In this document: positions 1 through 7,217 of the stretch, in pieces
How the letters are laid out: each line of letters opens with the position of its first letter
How positions within the stretch are numbered: the first letter of the stretch is position 1
Source: Candidatus Saccharimonadota bacterium
Lineage (GTDB): Bacteria; Patescibacteriota; Saccharimonadia; Saccharimonadales; UBA4665
Length of the DNA: 32,000 nucleotides
Reading direction: 5' to 3'
Assembly: GCA_002952755.1 (NCBI GenBank)
Contig: CP025011.1
Location: 1,020,001-1,052,000, forward strand
The notes under the pieces: generated by a model
The model's database searches: none
The model's input: the letters and a program-made list of their open reading frames with translations, nothing else
What the model was told of the DNA's origin: nothing
Made by a program: the position numbers and the translations under genes

Positions 1-22
1 CCGAAGATGCCAGCTAATAAAT

Positions 23-889
23 CTAGATGAGGTCTGACACGGGGCTCACCCGCGGACGGGCGTTAGACCGCCACATATACAGCAACGAAAAACGCTTCCG
101 GGACGGATCATAGCCCCTATAAAGCATTCTGATAGGCAAGTAGCAAATGACCAAAAAAACGACCATAGGATACATATAACGTTGCGTGGTCATGCCATGT
201 GCGGTGTAGGTTTGTGGGCAAGATCGCACATACTTATAAAATTCACGTGGGCCCGAGGCAGCTTGGCGAGGGGAGATAGTCGCTTGCATGCTCGGCACAA
301 ACAGCACCCTGTATTTTTGGTGGGCCATATGGACAGCTAGATCTAAATCTTCAGCAAAACGACGCTCATGGCACAGCTTACTACGGACCGACCGCCATGT
401 GCTACGTTTGATGCCCATGGTCGCGCCATATAAAAAAAGTTCGTTTGCCTTAATCATGCGTCTGGCCAGAAAAGAGCGGTACCACGTGTCGATACTGTCA
501 AAGACGCGCTTAAGACCAATATCACGATAATCGACGCTACCACTGGCTGCATCGATAGTGGGATCGGCAAAAGCTTGCTGCAAAGAGGCTACCCAATTAG
601 ACGCTAAGATTGTATCACCATCGGTGCGGCCGATAATATCGCCGCGCGCTGCGTTAAAGCCACAGTCACGGGCATAGACAACGCCTTGGCGCGGTTCATA
701 CAGGAGAGTCACAAAGGGATATCGCCGGGCTACAGCCACTGTACCATCAGTAGAATTATTGTCTACCACTATCACCTCAAATGGCTGGACGGTCTGCCTG
801 GCAATGGCGTCTAGGCACAAGGCCAAATGGCTTTCTTCGTTGTACACTGGTATAACTAAACTAACGCGCAAGCGGGATGTTGTATTCAT
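23..889 (-). CDS. Glycosyltransferase family 2 (GT-A fold)
   Basis: ORF 23..916. Carries the N-terminal GT2 signature VSLVIPVYNEE...VIVVDNNSTDGT and a DGD (DxD-like) motif. Start trimmed to the ATG at 889 (MNTTSRL) so the GT2 motif sits near the N-terminus; 916 is the alternative start. Confidence 0.85.
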   Translation of the reverse strand: MNTTSRLRVSLVIPVYNEESHLALCLDAIARQTVQPFEVIVVDNNSTDGTVAVARRYPFVTLLYEPRQGVVYARDCGFNAARGDIIGRTDGDTILASNWVASLQQAFADPTIDAASGSVDYRDIGLKRVFDSIDTWYRSFLARRMIKANELFLYGATMGIKRSTWRSVRSKLCHERRFAEDLDLAVHMAHQKYRVLFVPSMQATISPRQAASGPREFYKYVRSCPQTYTAHGMTTQRYMYPMVVFLVICYLPIRMLYRGYDPSRKRFSLLYMWRSNARPRVSPVSDLI

Positions 890-1982
890 GAAACACCTCA
901 GATTATACACTGCCAAACTGGCTATGGCCGTAAGAAAACTACCGAGCCACTTAGCCCGTTACTGGCGTAAAAACTGGTGGCACAAGCTGGTGTCGGTCTT
1001 TATCCTTCTCATTATGCTGTCCGTTGGGACCCTCTATGGCATCGCCCAGTGGTATATCCATACCGAAAGTAGCAAGCCCTTCAAGCTCGGCGTATCATTC
1101 ATTCCTGCCTACGCCGAAAGCTTAGGTCTCAATGCCCAGCAGACCATGGACGCGCTTATCAATAGTGCAGGGGTGCGTCAGTTCCGTTTGGTGAGCTATT
1201 GGGATCAGCTGGAGCCGAGCAAAGGCCAGTACGACTTCAGCTTGCTCGATTGGCAATTTCAAAAAGCCGAAGCAGCTCACGCCAAAATAACGCTCAGCCT
1301 GGGTTTGCGCCAACCACGCTGGCCAGAATGCCACATGCCTTCTTGGGCGGTGGGCGAGAACGACAATGAATGGCAACCGCAGCTAAAAACCTTCATGTCC
1401 GCTGTGGTTAATCGCTACAAAAACTCACCCAGCTTAGAGAGCTACCAGGTAGAAAATGAGTATTTCCTACAAGGCTTTGGTGGGTGTACTAATTTTGATC
1501 GCAACCGGCTGATAAACGAATATAATATGGTTAAAAAGCTCGATCCAGTACATCCCGCAATTGTTGCCCGCAGCAATAATGCCCTGGGTATCCCGCTTGG
1601 CCAGCCGCAGCCAGATGAATTCGGCATCTCGATTTATAAACGAGTATGGGACGCTGGCGTTACGCATCGCTATCTCGAGTATCCATTCCCGGCTTGGTTC
1701 TATGCATCCTTGGCCGGCATTCAGAAAATCGTCACTGGCAAGGATATGATTGTGCACGAACTCCAGGCCGAAGCCTGGCCGCCCCATGGTCAAAACATCA
1801 CTCAAACCAGCCTGACGGAACAAAATAAATCGTTTAACGCAGAACGTTTTACTAACCGCGTCCAGTTCGGCAAAGCCACCGGCATGCGCGAGGTCTATTT
1901 GTGGGGCGCGGAATATTGGTACTATCGCCAGGTTGTCCTGGGCGACCCTTCGCTGATGAACGTGGCAAAACAATTATTTTAG
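888..1982 (+). CDS. Membrane-anchored glycoside hydrolase, clan GH-A TIM barrel (GH5/GH42-like)
   Basis: ORF 759..1982, trimmed to the ATG at 888 (MKHLRLY); the ATG at 924 is also possible. TM helix LVSVFILLIMLSVGTLYGI. GH-A-type motifs WDQLEPSKGQYDF, QVENEYF (acid/base NE) and VHELQAEAW (candidate nucleophile Glu). Confidence 0.7.
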   Translation: MKHLRLYTAKLAMAVRKLPSHLARYWRKNWWHKLVSVFILLIMLSVGTLYGIAQWYIHTESSKPFKLGVSFIPAYAESLGLNAQQTMDALINSAGVRQFRLVSYWDQLEPSKGQYDFSLLDWQFQKAEAAHAKITLSLGLRQPRWPECHMPSWAVGENDNEWQPQLKTFMSAVVNRYKNSPSLESYQVENEYFLQGFGGCTNFDRNRLINEYNMVKKLDPVHPAIVARSNNALGIPLGQPQPDEFGISIYKRVWDAGVTHRYLEYPFPAWFYASLAGIQKIVTGKDMIVHELQAEAWPPHGQNITQTSLTEQNKSFNAERFTNRVQFGKATGMREVYLWGAEYWYYRQVVLGDPSLMNVAKQLF

Positions 1983-1997
1983 TCACAAATAGCTACT

Positions 1998-2738
1998 ATG
2001 CCCAAACGTCCTATTATCGCCGCCATCCCTAATTACAATATGGCGAGCTCGCTCGAAGCGCTTCTGCCACAGGTACTCGCGCAAGGTTATAATGCAGTGT
2101 ATCTCTTGGACGACCACTCAACGGATAATTCGATAGAAGTTGCCAGGCGCTTTGATGGCGTACAGGTAATTTGCGGCGAAGAAAATCGTGGTGCCAGTGG
2201 TAATCGCAACCGCATCTTAGAGGTAAAAAAGCAATGGCCTACTGCGATCATTCACTTTATTGACGCCGATACTGAACTGGTTTCAACACATAATCCCACA
2301 ACCCTAGACCGTTTGCTTGCCGACCCGACCATCGGCATTCTAGGCGGCTTGGTTTACGGTCCGAATGGCCTACAATCGAGCTTTAATTTCGGTCCGCGGG
2401 TTTCTCTAATGGGCCTATTCGGAGTGATCAAGCAAGGATTAATACTAGCCCGAGTGCTGACATTCGGGCTTCATCAGCCACTTCGACCCCCAAAGCCAAA
2501 TAAGGTATGGCCAGATATCGGGGCTAAACCCATGTCTCAAGACACCTATTACGTGCTAGAAGGAAACATGGCTATGCGCATGGAGACACTCGTAGCAATT
2601 GGCGGGTTTCACCCCACTATGCGCGATAGCGAAGCACAGGAACTAAGCGACCGCATTACAGCAGCCGGTCCGCATACGCTTCGATCCATCTATCGCCTTA
2701 AAACACTTAGCGATACATGTCCGAGGTGCTCGTCGTAA
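1998..2738 (+). CDS. Glycosyltransferase family 2, apparently frameshifted near 2670 (conserved C-terminus continues in the +1 frame to 2799)
   Basis: N-terminal IAAIPNYNMASSLEALLPQVLAQ...LLDDHSTDNS and FIDADT (DxD) motifs. After ...GGFHPTMRDSEAQELSDRITAAG the annotated frame gives an atypical tail (PHTLRSIYRLKTLSDTCPRCSS). The +1 frame instead reads RIRFDPSIALKHLAIHVRGARRNLVRVKVTFWLWRKNGYPFR*, a typical GT2 C-terminus. Confidence 0.8.
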   Translation: MPKRPIIAAIPNYNMASSLEALLPQVLAQGYNAVYLLDDHSTDNSIEVARRFDGVQVICGEENRGASGNRNRILEVKKQWPTAIIHFIDADTELVSTHNPTTLDRLLADPTIGILGGLVYGPNGLQSSFNFGPRVSLMGLFGVIKQGLILARVLTFGLHQPLRPPKPNKVWPDIGAKPMSQDTYYVLEGNMAMRMETLVAIGGFHPTMRDSEAQELSDRITAAGPHTLRSIYRLKTLSDTCPRCSS

Positions 2739-2842
2739 CTTAGTTCGGGTGAAAGTGACCTTCTGGCTCTGGCGTAAGAATGGCTATCCGTTCAGATAAC
2801 CCCTGTTGGCAACATGACCCCTTTCCGTCATACTAGAGAGCA

Positions 2843-3307
2843 ATGAAGAAAAAGCAGGCCACCACTAAGCAGATCGTCAACCGCCGCGCCCGTCACGATT
2901 ACGAGCTTGGCGACAGCTTGGTTGTAGGCATCGCTCTTAGTGGCGCCGAGACCAAAGCGCTGCGCATGGGCCATGGCCAGCTCCGTGGTGCATATGTCAC
3001 CATGAAAGAAAACGAGCTCTTGCTTATTAATGCTACTATCAGCGGCACAAACGGCATCGCCATCAGTGAGCCAGATCAAACGCGAGCGCGCAAGCTACTT
3101 GCGAAACGGCGTGAGATCGAAGCGCTCATCGAAGCTAAACAGCAAGGCCGTACTATTGTCCCTCTAGAGATGCTCACGAGCAGTCGCTATATCAAACTAC
3201 GCATCGCCGTCGGCAAAGGCAAAAAACTATACGACAAACGCGAGACACTCAAGCGGCGCGACCAATCCCGGCATATCGCGGCTATTCTCAAGCAACAGAA
3301 TTCCTAA
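2843..3307 (+). CDS. smpB: SsrA-binding protein SmpB (trans-translation)
   Basis: 154 aa. Contains NRRARHDYEL, GIALSGAETKALR, the GKGKKLYDKRETLKRRD basic tail, and the characteristic length. Confidence 0.95.
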   Translation: MKKKQATTKQIVNRRARHDYELGDSLVVGIALSGAETKALRMGHGQLRGAYVTMKENELLLINATISGTNGIAISEPDQTRARKLLAKRREIEALIEAKQQGRTIVPLEMLTSSRYIKLRIAVGKGKKLYDKRETLKRRDQSRHIAAILKQQNS

Positions 3308-3312
3308 ATACC

Positions 3313-3341
3313 TTGCTAGGTGATATCACTTTCGATATAAT
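3313..3341 (+). promoter_or_regulatory. Sigma70-like promoter TTGCTA-N17-TATAAT upstream of tRNA-Asn
   Basis: TTGCTA at 3313-3318 and TATAAT at 3336-3341 with a 17-nt spacer. It lies in the smpB-tRNA intergenic region and implies a ~100-nt pre-tRNA leader. Confidence 0.5.
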
Positions 3342-3449
3342 CAGCCTATTCGCCCGCCCGAAAAGGGTCTGTGCAGCGACGCACCTTCTAACCAAAGCGT
3401 ATTCGCAGGCTTTATTCCATGCAAATGGATGAGTTGGCGGAACGCATAA

Positions 3450-3524
3450 TCCGGGGTAGCTCAGCGGTAGAGCGGGTGGCTGTTAACCACTAGGTCGCTG
3501 GTTCGAATCCAGTCCCCGGAGCCA
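3450..3524 (+). tRNA. tRNA-Asn (anticodon GTT), CCA encoded
   Basis: Hand-folded cloverleaf. Acceptor TCCGGGG/CCCCGGA, D stem GCTC/GAGC, anticodon stem GGTGG/CCACT with loop CTGTTAA, T stem GCTGG/CCAGT with loop TTCGAAT, discriminator G and CCA. Confidence 0.95.
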
Positions 3525-3577
3525 AGCCAGAATAGATGAAGTCAGAACTGTTAATTCAGTTCTGACTTTTTTGTATA
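3519..3577 (+). repeat. Direct repeat copy A (tRNA-Asn 3' end plus terminator), paired with 10240-10298
   Basis: 59 nt aligned by hand to 10240-10298: 53 matches in 60 columns (5 substitutions, 2 single-nt indels). Starts with GAGCCA, the last bases of the tRNA. Confidence 0.85.
3540..3572 (+). terminator. Rho-independent terminator after tRNA-Asn
   Basis: Perfect 11-bp stem AGTCAGAACTG / CAGTTCTGACT, loop TTAATT, followed by a T-run. Confidence 0.8.
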
Positions 3578-3628
3578 GGCAGGCTAGAATAGAAACCGCT
3601 AAACACTTCGCCTTACGCGGAAGAGATA

Positions 3629-3657
3629 TTGTTAGCACTACGACTATAGTATATAAT
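3629..3657 (+). promoter_or_regulatory. Promoter TTGTTA-N17-TATAAT; the -10 box lies 9 nt upstream of ATG 3667 (leaderless-type)
   Basis: TTGTTA at 3629-3634 and TATAAT at 3652-3657. There is no Shine-Dalgarno sequence between the -10 box and the ATG. Confidence 0.5.
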
Positions 3658-3666
3658 CTACGAATT

Positions 3667-4971
3667 ATGCTACGTGGTCCTGACGGAGTTCAAAGAGTAG
3701 AAGAAGCTGCTGCCGGTTATCTGGCTCATACGGCTGAGGCGCTTGGTCTAGAAGATGCTAATCAGCTCCCCGCACAGACAGCAACAGCGTTAAATCTGGG
3801 CAAGATGGCTGCGAGAGCAGCTGAGGCGGTAGTAGAAACTCGTCAACTTCTTGAAGTCAATGAGATGGCTCTTGATACGCTCTTTGGTAGCTTTGTACCG
3901 GCAGTTATTCAGGCTCGTGCCGCAGCACATGACATCGCTCTCACACAGGGTCAATTTACACCTAACGATGAGGCTTCACTCGCAAATGGGGGTTCCGGGC
4001 TAGAACAGCTTAGAGAATATCTTGCCCCCTTTAAGCTACAAACAGAGGCTTCGTTACCGGGCGATGTGCCTCCTGTTGACATTGGCATACTCCTTCGGCT
4101 AAAAGGCATGGGCATGAACGGCAGAGACGGGTATCTGTCGAACCTAAATAGCGTACACTCCGTTGTGGAGTACGGTACAGAATGGCCAAGCTTTGCGAAT
4201 AACTTTAGCGTACCTGTATTAGTTGACCCTACCACCTATAGCATAGAAAAATTCGCAAACATACCTGCTGAGAGTGCAGATGGATACGCTCAACAGGTTG
4301 TCGATACGTGGCGCTCTATCCAAGAGTCAGAGAGAGACCACCCGTCATTTACTGGTCAGCCCTTAGTTGTTCGGGCGGTAGCTGTTCTACCGGTTCCGCC
4401 AACACAAGGCCCTGATGCTGACAAATTCGCCGTTGATTTCCTGCCGCAGGTTGGAAAAACTCAGTCTGATATTGATGGACAAGTTAAACGAGCTTACGAC
4501 ATTCGCTTATTGGTTAAGGGTAGTGAGAACGTTGGCGCCAATTACATTAGATTTGATGGGCAAGGTCAGCAACCTGTATATGCGGACTCCGAAGGAAAAA
4601 GGGCTCCACTTACAGTTCAGCGAGGCACTGCTATTGACGAAGAATTGCCAGTATCAGTTGACGATTTGGGCCTAACACCTCGTTCGCAAGGCACAGTAGC
4701 TCTGTATATCGCACCGCATGTCGTTAAAGAACAGCCACGTGTTCCTCTTCCGGCTTATGGCGGTTACGAGGGTGGAGGCGGCCTAACATTTGGCGGAGCA
4801 ATTAAAGGCGGGGCAGCAAGGGGGCTTGGAGCAGCAAGCGTAGGAGTTGGTCCCGCATCTTCTTGGATAGGCTCCCACAGACAAGAAGAAGGCTACTTTG
4901 ACCGTGTTGCACCAGAATTACAAGGTAGACCCATAATTGTATCGTTGCAGCTGTTAACCTTTGAACGTTAG
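3667..4971 (+). CDS. Hypothetical protein (434 aa orphan, glycine-rich C-terminal segment)
   Basis: ORF 3571..4971. The TTG at 3571 lies inside the terminator T-run, so the start is trimmed to the first ATG (MLRGPDG). No signal peptide and no motif I recognise. The C-terminus contains GGYEGGGGLTFGGAIKGGAARGLGAASVGVG. Confidence 0.7.
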   Translation: MLRGPDGVQRVEEAAAGYLAHTAEALGLEDANQLPAQTATALNLGKMAARAAEAVVETRQLLEVNEMALDTLFGSFVPAVIQARAAAHDIALTQGQFTPNDEASLANGGSGLEQLREYLAPFKLQTEASLPGDVPPVDIGILLRLKGMGMNGRDGYLSNLNSVHSVVEYGTEWPSFANNFSVPVLVDPTTYSIEKFANIPAESADGYAQQVVDTWRSIQESERDHPSFTGQPLVVRAVAVLPVPPTQGPDADKFAVDFLPQVGKTQSDIDGQVKRAYDIRLLVKGSENVGANYIRFDGQGQQPVYADSEGKRAPLTVQRGTAIDEELPVSVDDLGLTPRSQGTVALYIAPHVVKEQPRVPLPAYGGYEGGGGLTFGGAIKGGAARGLGAASVGVGPASSWIGSHRQEEGYFDRVAPELQGRPIIVSLQLLTFER

Positions 4972-5041
4972 CTATAGCTAAGCGGGAAATCCTGCTTAAT
5001 TGCGGGTATAACGTCATACATCGTGCTGGGCCAATCATAAG

Positions 5042-5070
5042 CACTTGGCGAAACCAGAGTGTTTTTGTTT
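5042..5070 (+). terminator. Probable intrinsic terminator (part of repeated cassette copy 1)
   Basis: Imperfect stem CACTTGG / CCAGAGTG (one bulge, one G-U pair), loop CGAAA, then TTTTTGTTT. Confidence 0.45.
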
Positions 5071-5105
5071 GCTATACTTAATAGTAGGTATAGGTGGGTA
5101 CTAAG

Positions 5106-6035
5106 ATGAAAAACAATAAGAACAATCAAGCTGGTTTCGTACACTGGATCTTGTTAATTGTAATACTTATAGGGGTGGGCCTAGTTGGCTACCGTGTATT
5201 TAAGCTGCTGCAGGAGAAAACCGGGTTAGGCATAAAAATTGATACCAATAAACCGACCAAATTCGTTCAAGCCGATTTTATAGATTCATCAAAAATCTAT
5301 AGTATCTCTAAATTTCGTTCGGGCGAAGGCCACGATTTTTCTGGTAATGGTGAAACGTGTCGCAGTATGAAACATTATTTCACTCCGCAGGAAGATCCAA
5401 CCATCAAACCTACCAGAGTAATCGAGGGCCACAGCGTACCACCAGAACCTGACGGCAAGCACGATATAGACATCTTTAGCCCTGTTGACGGCAAAATCAC
5501 CGATATAACCAGTGAGCGCTTCCCAGTAGGCGAACAAATATATATCCAACCATCGAGCGCCAAAGAATACACCATTCGGCTATTCCATGTATATAAAGTA
5601 GACGGCATCAAAAAAGGCGCAATCGTTAAGGCCGGCCAAAAGATCGGCGTTATTAGCGGCTACTCGGCAACCGACATTTCGGTAGAAGGGGGCCGTTACC
5701 AATTCGTATCTTACTTCCAGGTAATGCCGGATAGTATATTCGCCGCTTATCAAAAGCGTGGCGCCAAAACTAGAGACGACTTTATAATTAGCAAAGCTTA
5801 CCGCGATGCCCACCCGATTCCATGTAATCAAGACGATAAAAGCGACCAGGCTTTTTATTACCCTAAAGGCTATGACCGTGAGGCAGATGAATTCCGTTTG
5901 TCTGGGTACATAAAACCTGATTACTCAAAACTCCAAGAAGGCCAACACAACTGTGGCAATAATTGTACTGGGGATAACCAGTGTGGCAATATGTGCGGCG
6001 TTGACCAAAAGGACGGTGACGGCAGTACGAACTAA
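5106..6035 (+). CDS. Membrane-anchored hypothetical protein, possible degenerate LytM/M23-like beta-barrel core, Cys-rich C-terminus
   Basis: ORF 5094..6035 (GTG). The ATG at 5106 is preferred because an AGGTGG SD-like element lies ~8 nt upstream. TM helix FVHWILLIVILIGVGLVGY. The segment FSPVDGKITDI...IRLFHV...IKKGAIVKAGQKIGVISG resembles the M23 pattern, but the HxH motif is not evident. Tail HNCGNNCTGDNQCGNMCG. Confidence 0.7.
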   Translation: MKNNKNNQAGFVHWILLIVILIGVGLVGYRVFKLLQEKTGLGIKIDTNKPTKFVQADFIDSSKIYSISKFRSGEGHDFSGNGETCRSMKHYFTPQEDPTIKPTRVIEGHSVPPEPDGKHDIDIFSPVDGKITDITSERFPVGEQIYIQPSSAKEYTIRLFHVYKVDGIKKGAIVKAGQKIGVISGYSATDISVEGGRYQFVSYFQVMPDSIFAAYQKRGAKTRDDFIISKAYRDAHPIPCNQDDKSDQAFYYPKGYDREADEFRLSGYIKPDYSKLQEGQHNCGNNCTGDNQCGNMCGVDQKDGDGSTN

Positions 6036-6107
6036 ATAAGGCTGCAGTCAGTTACACTCTGTCTTGCCGCGGTTATAGCTTCCCATCTCGTGGTGAGCCA
6101 AGCATGA

Positions 6108-6139
6108 GCACTTTGCAAGAAGCAGAGTGCTTTTGTTTT
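6108..6139 (+). terminator. Rho-independent terminator (repeated cassette copy 2)
   Basis: 9-bp stem GCACTTTGC / GCAGAGTGC (one G-U pair), loop AAGAA, then TTTTGTTTT. Confidence 0.65.
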
Positions 6140-6147
6140 GCTATACT
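6139..6147 (+). promoter_or_regulatory. Extended -10 element TGcTATACT, 7 nt upstream of ATG 6155
   Basis: TGCTATACT at 6139-6147. The same element occurs at 5070-5078, and a variant TGCTAAAAT at 6954-6962. Confidence 0.45.
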
Positions 6148-6154
6148 TTCAATA

Positions 6155-6454
6155 ATGAATAAAGCAGTCCTGGGCAAGATTCTAAACGGGCTAGCAATCG
6201 CCCTTTTTGTGCTAGCGGGAATAGTCTATGCCGTAACAAGAGTAGGCCGTATACCTTTTTGGTTTATTGAAGCTGGGATGTTTGCAGCATTAGTCTCTAT
6301 TGTGCTGCTTCATAAAGATAAATCTTCGGTTAAAAAACCGTACAAGGCCCTTGATTATCTTTTCATATTAGTACCAATCTTAGTTCTTGTTAGCGTTATC
6401 ATTTACATATTATTAGTAGGTTTTGCATTCGGTCATAGCGACTGGCAATTCTAG
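6155..6454 (+). CDS. Small integral membrane protein (3 predicted TM helices)
   Basis: ORF 6104..6454, trimmed to the ATG at 6155 because the terminator hairpin occupies 6108-6139. Hydrophobic helices LAIALFVLAGIVYAV, FWFIEAGMFAALVSIVLL and LFILVPILVLVSVIIYILLVGFAF. Confidence 0.65.
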   Translation: MNKAVLGKILNGLAIALFVLAGIVYAVTRVGRIPFWFIEAGMFAALVSIVLLHKDKSSVKKPYKALDYLFILVPILVLVSVIIYILLVGFAFGHSDWQF

Positions 6455-7217
6455 CAGTCTGCCGCTGACTTGAAATTGCAGAGTATCACCGCAAGATCAG
6501 ACCTAAAAAATCGAACTTTTTCTGAAGTTTGGGCATACTAAAATTTCTTTACTACTCGCGATCACATCAAGATCCACACTAGCAGTTCGCAATACGTCTG
6601 CTAGTGTGAGCCAGCTGAATCATATATTGGCTGGGATGAAGAAGGGATAGCTTTTACCGTTCCCAATATGTTTACGGGCGAGGAAGCCTCAATTGACCTT
6701 CGTCAACCGTTTGTTCCACCGCCGAATAATTAATTGTCTAAGGTTCGAGACTGCCAAACCGAGCCCAATTTGTAGAATATAGAACGCTCTTTGGCGCGCG
6801 CAATTAGTTGCATGGGCATAGCACTAAACCCTGGCGTTTGCGCAAGTTCTTTGGATAACCAGTGTCTACTTTATAGTCAAATGAAAGACTGCTTCTTGAA
6901 TGGTTAGGGCGCTCAGCATAAGCACTGTACGAAAGCAGAGCGCTTATGCTTTGTGCTAAAATTGTTGTACGGCTATTACAAGAAGTTTTGTAACAAAATG
7001 GCCATCTTCGAGAAAAGCGCAATCGTGCCCCTGTGTAAACCCAAAGCCCTCGTAAAGACGCAAAAAGAAATCTATACCGTGATTATAGAATTACAAGCAG
7101 GCGCAGTTACCAACACAACACACATCATAAAGTTATTGCAGACATTACGATTCTTATGACATAGCTAACTTCTACTATGCATGCACTGAGATTACATATA
7201 AATAAGGGAGTACGGAT

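Noticed and set aside
1467-1973. Long antisense ORFs inside confident genes (1467-1973, 7758-8267, 17834-18169, 18824-19390, 26301-26660, 16279-16683, 3951-4235 and others)
   Set aside because: They lie fully inside genes with strong family motifs on the other strand. Their composition is Ser/Arg/Cys/Trp-rich and low-complexity, typical of shadow frames. They have no SD or promoter context.
3342-3524. Possible tmRNA (ssrA) next to smpB
   Set aside because: The only structured RNA I can fold here is a canonical 75-nt tRNA-Asn with a normal anticodon arm. There is no tag-peptide reading frame and no tmRNA-like 5' GGGG...3' alanine-acceptor architecture.
3571-3666. N-terminal extensions offered by the ORF track (3571, 6104, 10359, 16493, 17778, 22711, 24584, 28807, 759)
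   Set aside because: The extensions run through terminator hairpins, promoters or the upstream gene. They start at TTG/GTG and translate to non-protein-like sequence. Conserved N-terminal motifs (Walker A, the TGxxxGxG of SDRs, the MILTG of Dcd) appear right after the internal ATG.
6804-7159. ORFs 6804-7022 (-) and 6953-7159 (+) in the islet gap
   Set aside because: They overlap each other, have no SD and have an odd composition. The GTG at 6953 lies inside the TGcTAAAAT promoter-like element. A 53-aa peptide from the ATG at 6998 cannot be excluded but is unsupported.
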